Made by a program: the position numbers and the translations under genes | In this document: piece by piece, positions 58,186-64,000 of the stretch | How the letters are laid out: each line of letters begins with the position of its first letter | How positions within the stretch are numbered: the stretch's first letter is position 1 | From: Candidatus Latescibacterota bacterium | GTDB taxonomy: Bacteria; Latescibacterota; UBA2968; GCA-2709665 | Length of the DNA stretch: 64,000 nucleotides | Assembly: GCA_965203805.1 (NCBI GenBank) | Contig: OZ241917.1 | Coordinates: 32,001-96,000 of the forward strand | Direction of reading: 5' to 3' | Notes under the pieces: model-generated | The model's input: only the letters and a program-made list of their open reading frames with translations | Database searches by the model: none | Told to the model about the DNA's origin: nothing

Positions 58186-61100
58186 ATGAGATACGTGACC
58201 ATCGGGTTTGTCCTTATCGGATTGGCCGCAGGGTGTGAAACCCGCGTGCCTGGCCCCGGGAGCAAGGCCTATCGCAGTGCGGTCGCCGACTTCTATACCG
58301 GCCTTGCCGCCCTCGACGTGGGCGCCCGGGACCGGGCGGCCGCAGCGCTGGCACGGATGACCGAAAGCGTGCCGGGTGAACCCGCGGGTTGGGCGAACCT
58401 GGCCCTGCTGCAGTTTTCCATGGGCCGGGAGGAACAGGCGCTCAGGTCGATAGAACGCGCGCAGGGGCTTGCACCGGAAAACGGGCGTATCGCGCTACTG
58501 ATGGGGGCATTCGAGAGCCGTCGCGGCCGGACGGACGAGGCGGTCTTTCACCTTCGGCGGGCAACGACCCTGGCCGGCCCGTCCCACCTCAAAGCGGGCT
58601 ATGCGCTGGCGCGTGAGCTGGAACGGAAAGGAGACGCGCAAGAGGCGCTCGCCGTGGTGGAAGGGATGCAAGGCAAGGCGCCGCGGAATCTCGCGCTCCT
58701 GCTGGAGCGAATCAGGCTGGCGGCGAAGGCGCAGGATGCGCATGGCCTGCGGGTTTCGATTGCGCGGATCGCCGGGCGCGCCGGCGCGTGGCCGGAAACG
58801 GCGAGGGATCAGGCGCGTGCGCTCGCGAATGCGAAATCGGACTTCCGGCTTGCGGCGCGGCACGCGGCATTCCTGCACAATTCGCTGCTGCGGACGCCTT
58901 CCTTCCGCAGCGACCTGAGTCGGCTGCGTATTCCGTCACAGGCGGTGGGCGAGCCACTGCGACGGTTCCTGAAGATGCAGAGTCCGACGGCCGATTCCGC
59001 GCCCGCGGATACGGCGCTTGCGTTTGTTCCGGAAACACCCGGTAAAGCGACCGGTCTCAAAATGCTCGGCCTCGCCCCGGGGGATCCTCCGGTGGTGTTG
59101 TCCGCATCAGCGGAAACCATCCGCTGGCTGGATTCGTCCGCCCGGGCCGTCCCGTCGCCCGCATCCATGCCGTTGGGCGCCAACGGGTTGCTTTCGGTCG
59201 ACTGGAACAACGACTTCAGGCTGGATCTGGTGGCGGCGGGGGAAGGCGGCGTTCGCCTGTTTCGCCAGGAAGAGGACGGATCGCCTGCCGATGTCACGGA
59301 TCAGACCGGTCTGGACCGGAGTGTGACCGATCGGGCGTATGGAGGCGTCTGGGCCGCGGACGTCGAGATGGACGGGGACCTGGACCTGGTCCTCGGCGGA
59401 CGGCACGCATGCCGCGTATTGCGAAACAACGGGGACGGTACGTTCGGCGTTGCGCAGCCCTTTGCGGGCGTGGCGGGCGCGCGGGCCTTCGAATGGACGG
59501 ATCTCGATGGCGACGGCGTTCCCGATGCGGCCCTGGTGGACAATCGGGGTCGGCTGGTTGTGTTTATCAACGAGCGAAGCGGGTCGTTCGCGCGTACGTA
59601 TGAGAGTGATGGCGAAGTCCGCGCGCTCGCGTCCGGCGACGTGGACGGCGATGGAAGTCTGAACCTGGTGGTCCTGTACCCGGATGGACGCATCGGCGCG
59701 ATTTCGTACGAGAGCGGGCGCTGGGAAATCAGTGAACTGGTCAACACGAAGGGATACGAAAACCCGGCGCGCCTGCGTCTGGCCGATATCGACAATAACG
59801 GGCAGCTCGACCTCGTTGTCGGCGGCGTCCGCGGCGGCGGGTACTGGCTGGGCGACGCCGAAGGATCCTGGCGTCACAACGTCCTGCCGGACGGGTTTCG
59901 GCTCTTCGAGATTTCGGACATGACCCGGGACGGACGCCTGGATCTGCTCGGACTCTCTGAAGCCGGTCGAACGCAGATGCTCGTGAACCGTGGAAAACGC
60001 GACTACCACTGGCAGGTCGTCCGGCCACGGGTGCGGGCGGTCCGGGGGGACGGGAGGATCAATTCATTCGCGCTGGGCGGCGAGGTGCTGGTGCGGTCCG
60101 GGCTCCTTGCGCAGCGCCGGGCGATCAGGACGCCTGCGGTGCATTTCGGTCTGGGCGAATACGACGTGGCGAACGTGGTGCGGGTGCAGTGGCCGAACGG
60201 GACGATACAGGCGGAGTTCGACGTGGCGGCCGATCAGACGATTCTGGCTCGGCAGCGCCTGAAAGGGTCCTGTCCCTGGGTGTTCGCGTTCAATGGCGAA
60301 GAAATGGCCTTCATCAAGGACTTTCTGTGGCGTTCCCCGCTGGGGATGCGGATCAACGCTCAGGTGACGGCCGGCGTGTCTCAAACGGAGGACTGGATCC
60401 TGATCCGGGGCGATGAGCTCGCATCCCGGGACGGACACTACGACATTCGCGTTACCTCCGAACTGTGGGAGACCCAGTTCGTGGACTGGGTGGAGCTGAT
60501 GGTTGTGGACCACCCCGCGGACGTGGCCGTATTCGTGGATGAACGATTCGCAATGCGACAGCCGGAACTCAGAGTGATTCCAACGGGAATGCCCGTCGCG
60601 GTCCGTGCGGCACGGGACGAAACGGGGCGGGACGTGACGGATCGGGTTACGGCGAGAGACGGCCGTTATCTCGATACGTTCGATGTCGGGCGATACCAGG
60701 GCGTGGCCGGGGACCACTGGGTTGAAGTCGATCTGCCGCGGGCGGCCGGGAACGGCGGCGCATGGTTGATCGGGTACGGATGGATCTATCCCACCGACAG
60801 TTCGATCAACGTCGCGATGGGTCATGGCGCGCACGCGAGACCCCGGGGGCTCCGTCTGGATGCGCAGCGGGACGATGGAACCTGGGAAACCGCGGTCCCG
60901 GATCTGGGGTTCCCCGCCGGCAAGTTCAAGACGATTGCGATCGATCTGTCCGGTGTGACGTCTCCCCGGTTGCGCCTCCGGACAAATCTGGAGATCTATT
61001 GGGACTGGCTGGCGTGGGCGGAAACCGCAACCGACGCGCAGTTGCGGACCCGCCGGGTGACGTCTGAGACAGCGGTATTGAGAGGCCGCGGGTTTTCGGA

Positions 61101-61542
61101 GGTCTCGCAACCGGATCGGCGGTCGCCGGACGTTCCTCTGTACTCGTCTCCCGTAAACCCCGCGCCCATGTGGTGGGACCTGAAGGGATATCACACCCGT
61201 TTCGGAGACGTGCGTCCACTGCTGGCTGAGGTAGACGATCGTTATGTGATCATGAACGCCGGAGACGAGCTTGTCTTCCGCTTCCCCGATCCGGGTCCGC
61301 CGCCCTCCGGGTGGGTGAGGGACTTTGTGCTGATGGGCGACGGCTGGGTTAAGGACGGGGACTACAACACGGCATTTTCCAAGACCGTACTGCCGCTGCC
61401 TTCTCATGCCTGGTCTACGTACGAGACCCCGCCGGGTCGGCTGGAAGATGACCCGGTCTACCGCCGCAATCCCGCAGATTGGCAGGAATTCCACACCCGG
61501 TACGTCGCGCCGGAGATTTCCCGGATGCACGCCGGAAGATAG
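58186..61542 (+). CDS. TPR + FG-GAP + ASPIC/UnbV lipoprotein
   Basis: Lipobox AAGC; TPR helices; D.NND..LDL repeats; HFGLG...V.WP.G; KGSCP. Confidence 0.85.
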   Translation: MRYVTIGFVLIGLAAGCETRVPGPGSKAYRSAVADFYTGLAALDVGARDRAAAALARMTESVPGEPAGWANLALLQFSMGREEQALRSIERAQGLAPENGRIALLMGAFESRRGRTDEAVFHLRRATTLAGPSHLKAGYALARELERKGDAQEALAVVEGMQGKAPRNLALLLERIRLAAKAQDAHGLRVSIARIAGRAGAWPETARDQARALANAKSDFRLAARHAAFLHNSLLRTPSFRSDLSRLRIPSQAVGEPLRRFLKMQSPTADSAPADTALAFVPETPGKATGLKMLGLAPGDPPVVLSASAETIRWLDSSARAVPSPASMPLGANGLLSVDWNNDFRLDLVAAGEGGVRLFRQEEDGSPADVTDQTGLDRSVTDRAYGGVWAADVEMDGDLDLVLGGRHACRVLRNNGDGTFGVAQPFAGVAGARAFEWTDLDGDGVPDAALVDNRGRLVVFINERSGSFARTYESDGEVRALASGDVDGDGSLNLVVLYPDGRIGAISYESGRWEISELVNTKGYENPARLRLADIDNNGQLDLVVGGVRGGGYWLGDAEGSWRHNVLPDGFRLFEISDMTRDGRLDLLGLSEAGRTQMLVNRGKRDYHWQVVRPRVRAVRGDGRINSFALGGEVLVRSGLLAQRRAIRTPAVHFGLGEYDVANVVRVQWPNGTIQAEFDVAADQTILARQRLKGSCPWVFAFNGEEMAFIKDFLWRSPLGMRINAQVTAGVSQTEDWILIRGDELASRDGHYDIRVTSELWETQFVDWVELMVVDHPADVAVFVDERFAMRQPELRVIPTGMPVAVRAARDETGRDVTDRVTARDGRYLDTFDVGRYQGVAGDHWVEVDLPRAAGNGGAWLIGYGWIYPTDSSINVAMGHGAHARPRGLRLDAQRDDGTWETAVPDLGFPAGKFKTIAIDLSGVTSPRLRLRTNLEIYWDWLAWAETATDAQLRTRRVTSETAVLRGRGFSEVSQPDRRSPDVPLYSSPVNPAPMWWDLKGYHTRFGDVRPLLAEVDDRYVIMNAGDELVFRFPDPGPPPSGWVRDFVLMGDGWVKDGDYNTAFSKTVLPLPSHAWSTYETPPGRLEDDPVYRRNPADWQEFHTRYVAPEISRMHAGR

Positions 61543-61556
61543 ACAGTGAGTGTCCC

Positions 61557-63317
61557 ATGTCACGCCGAACGGTCCACGGCATCCCGATCGCGATCTTTGT
61601 GCTGCTGCTGGCGGTGCCCGTCTTCATGAAATCCGGTCTGTGGCCGCGGAATGAAAGGAACGTGGCCCAGTTCGGATTTGCGTTCGAGGAAGTCGCCGGA
61701 AAGAGCGGCATCGACTTCGTGCACCGCGGGCCCACGTTCGACGCGAAGCTGACCCATATCATGCCGCACGTCGCCGCAATGGGCGCCGCGGTGTCGGTCG
61801 CGGACTTCAACAGGGACGGTTGGCAGGACCTTTACGTGACCAACAGCGCGGAAGGCGCGGCGAACCGGCTTTATCGGAATCTCGGGAACGGGCAATTCGA
61901 AGACGTGGCCGGCCGGATGGGGGTGGCCGAACTGAATCCCGCGGGAACCGGGATTTCGGTGGGCGCTGTCTGGGGGGACTATGACAACGACGGCTTCGAA
62001 GACCTTTTCGTGTACAAATGGGGCCGGCCGGAGCTGTTTCGGAACGAGTCCGGACAGAGGTTCACGCGTGTGAGCGAGGACGCCGGGCTGCCCGGCTGGC
62101 TTAACGCGGGAAGCGCCGTCTGGCTGGATTACGATTGCGACGGGCGTCTGGATCTGTTTGTTGCCGGATACTGGCCGGATGGGCTTGACCTGTGGAACCT
62201 CGAATCCACCCGGATGATGCCCGAGAGTTTCGAATACGCAGAGAACGGCGGTCGGAAGTATCTCTTTCGCAATCTGGGAGACGGGCGGTTCGAGGACGTT
62301 GCCCGGCGGCTGGGCATTCGAAGCCGGAGGTGGACGCTTGCCGTGGCGGCGGCGGATCTGAACCGGTCGGGTTATCCTGATATCTTCCTGGCCAACGACT
62401 ATGGCGTCTCGGAACTCTACCGGAACCACGGCGGAACGACGTTTGAGGAGATCGGTCGCCGCGCGGGGGTCGGATACCAGCCGAAGAGCGGAATGAACGC
62501 GGTATTCGGCGACGTGCTGAACCAGGGGCGCCTGGCGATCTACGAGACCAATATCTCGGAGGCCGGGATTCTGCTGCAGGGCAACAACCTCTGGGTCGCC
62601 CGCCAGGACGAAGAGCTGGCGTTCGAAAACCTGGCGCAGGTGATGGGCGTGGAGCTGGGCGACTGGAGCTTCGGCGCGCAGTTCGGTGATTTGAACAACG
62701 ACGGGCGTCTTGACCTGTACCTGACCAACGGCTATGTGTCGGCTTCCGAGTCCGAGAGTTATTGGTACGACTTTTCACAGGTTGCCGGCGGACACAGGGC
62801 AATCATTTCAGATGCGAAGCACTGGCCCGCGATGAAGGGACGCAGTCTCGCCGGTTTTCAGCAATCCCGCGTGTGGGTGAACGACGGGATGGGACGGTTC
62901 GTGGACGTGGCTCGCGAGGTCGGCGTCCGCGACCGCTTTGACGGGCGTGCGGTCGCGCTCGTGGATCTCTGGAACCGAGGGGTGCTGGACGTTGTGGTGG
63001 CCAACCAGCGCGGCCCGCTGCTGGTATACAGGAACACCGTGGATCCCGCCCGCCGGTGGATCGGTTTCGATCTGTCGGGCGTAAGGAGCAACCGAAGCGC
63101 GATCGGGGCGCAGGTGAGGGTTTTCTGGAACGGACAGGAACAGATGCAGGAGGTGTCGGGCGGCAGCGGTTTCTCGTCGCAGAATCAACGGCGACTGCAT
63201 TTCGGACTGGGGGTCGGTCAGGAACTGGAAAAGGTGGTTGTAACCTGGCCTTCCGGACGCAGCCTCACCATGGAAACCCCGGCACTGAACGTGTACCACC
63301 GCGTTGAAGAACCCTAG
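61557..63317 (+). CDS. CRTAC1 family protein (FG-GAP + ASPIC/UnbV)
   Basis: DFNRDGWQDLY, DYDNDG..DL, SN..AIGA.V, GSGF.SQ....LHFGLG. Confidence 0.9.
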   Translation: MSRRTVHGIPIAIFVLLLAVPVFMKSGLWPRNERNVAQFGFAFEEVAGKSGIDFVHRGPTFDAKLTHIMPHVAAMGAAVSVADFNRDGWQDLYVTNSAEGAANRLYRNLGNGQFEDVAGRMGVAELNPAGTGISVGAVWGDYDNDGFEDLFVYKWGRPELFRNESGQRFTRVSEDAGLPGWLNAGSAVWLDYDCDGRLDLFVAGYWPDGLDLWNLESTRMMPESFEYAENGGRKYLFRNLGDGRFEDVARRLGIRSRRWTLAVAAADLNRSGYPDIFLANDYGVSELYRNHGGTTFEEIGRRAGVGYQPKSGMNAVFGDVLNQGRLAIYETNISEAGILLQGNNLWVARQDEELAFENLAQVMGVELGDWSFGAQFGDLNNDGRLDLYLTNGYVSASESESYWYDFSQVAGGHRAIISDAKHWPAMKGRSLAGFQQSRVWVNDGMGRFVDVAREVGVRDRFDGRAVALVDLWNRGVLDVVVANQRGPLLVYRNTVDPARRWIGFDLSGVRSNRSAIGAQVRVFWNGQEQMQEVSGGSGFSSQNQRRLHFGLGVGQELEKVVVTWPSGRSLTMETPALNVYHRVEEP

Positions 63318-63479
63318 AAGCTGTCTTAAAATCCCCAGTGGTCTTCGCGCGGCTGCAAAAGCGCCGGTCGGCGTTGGTCAAATCCACCCGTATCTGTAGA
63401 TATGGGCGGATTCTCCCGCCTTGACCGCCACTTTTTCGCTCGCGCTCGGGAACTCACCGGGAATTTTAAAACAACTTCT
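63316..63479. mobile_element. palindromic MITE-like element
   Basis: TIRs AGAAGCTGTCTTAAAATCCCC vs AGAAGTTGTTTTAAAATTCCC (18/21); internal hairpin AATCCACCCGTATC-TGTA-GATATGGGCGGATT. Confidence 0.65.
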
Positions 63480-64000
63480 TAGCGGTACGGCGACCCGCCG
63501 GCAGGCATGTCCGGATTCCTGCCGAACAGGAGCAGGATCGCCGGAATCGCACAAAGGCCGATGACAAGCCCGATCCATCCCGGGTAGAAAAAGGCGGTGC
63601 CGACGTACCCCGCGAGCGCGGCCACGGCCATGGTGGTCAGTGCGTAGGGAAGTTGCGTTCTCACGTGATCCAGGTGGTCGCACGACGTGGCGATGCTCGA
63701 CATGACGGTCGTGTCGCTGATGGGTGAGCAGTGATCCCCGAAGATGGCGCCGTCCAGTACGGCGGCGGCCGCGAGAATCGTGAGCGGGAGTCCGCCCAGG
63801 CTGTGCGCGAGCGGGACCGCTGTGGGTATCAGGATTGCCATGGTTGCCCATGATGTGCCGATAGCGAACGCGATCGCAGCCGCCAGAAGGAAGATCAGCA
63901 GGGGCAGCAGGCCGGGAACCATAAGGGGCGAGAGCGCCGCCGCGAGATACACGGACGTGCCAATGTCCTTGCATATGGCCTGAATTGCCCAGGCCATGAT
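63479..64000 (-). CDS. NhaC-family Na+/H+ antiporter-like transporter (partial, 5' truncated)
   Basis: GTSWATMAIL.P, GAIFGDHCSPISDTT..SS....CDH.DHV.TQLPYA. Confidence 0.9.
   Translation of the reverse strand: MMAWAIQAICKDIGTSVYLAAALSPLMVPGLLPLLIFLLAAAIAFAIGTSWATMAILIPTAVPLAHSLGGLPLTILAAAAVLDGAIFGDHCSPISDTTVMSSIATSCDHLDHVRTQLPYALTTMAVAALAGYVGTAFFYPGWIGLVIGLCAIPAILLLFGRNPDMPAGGSPYR

Overview
GC-rich bacterial genomic window, densely coding. The GWxTD protein, CRTAC1/ASPIC proteins, heparinase-like protein and many orphan hydrolases suggest a Latescibacterota/Gemmatimonadota-like (FCB) organism; this is inference only. Contents in order: housekeeping genes (miaB fragment, lipA, fused indolepyruvate oxidoreductase, dusA, a plant-HPR1-like glycerate dehydrogenase); an amide/lactam catabolic region (DMFase-beta-like, CocE, hydantoinase A/B, D-aminoacylase); a tandem pair of interrupted-ankyrin lipoproteins; an NHL-TlpA-outer-membrane-barrel cluster; a methylated-amine operon; a minus-strand catabolic cluster; and rhodanese-MauE plus two CRTAC1 genes. 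Two top leads: (1) the barrel gene has a signal peptide, an in-frame TGA and a SECIS-like hairpin, so it is a probable selenoprotein; (2) the methylated-amine operon (mgsC, tdm, amt, fhs, gmaS) has no tmm or dmmABC here but carries an ACAD-fold protein lacking the catalytic Glu, a flavin reductase and an unknown 145-aa protein, a candidate new TMA/DMA oxygenase behind a structured leader. Two MITE-like elements were found. No rRNA, tRNA or CRISPR array was seen. All family calls are from motif recognition, not database searches.
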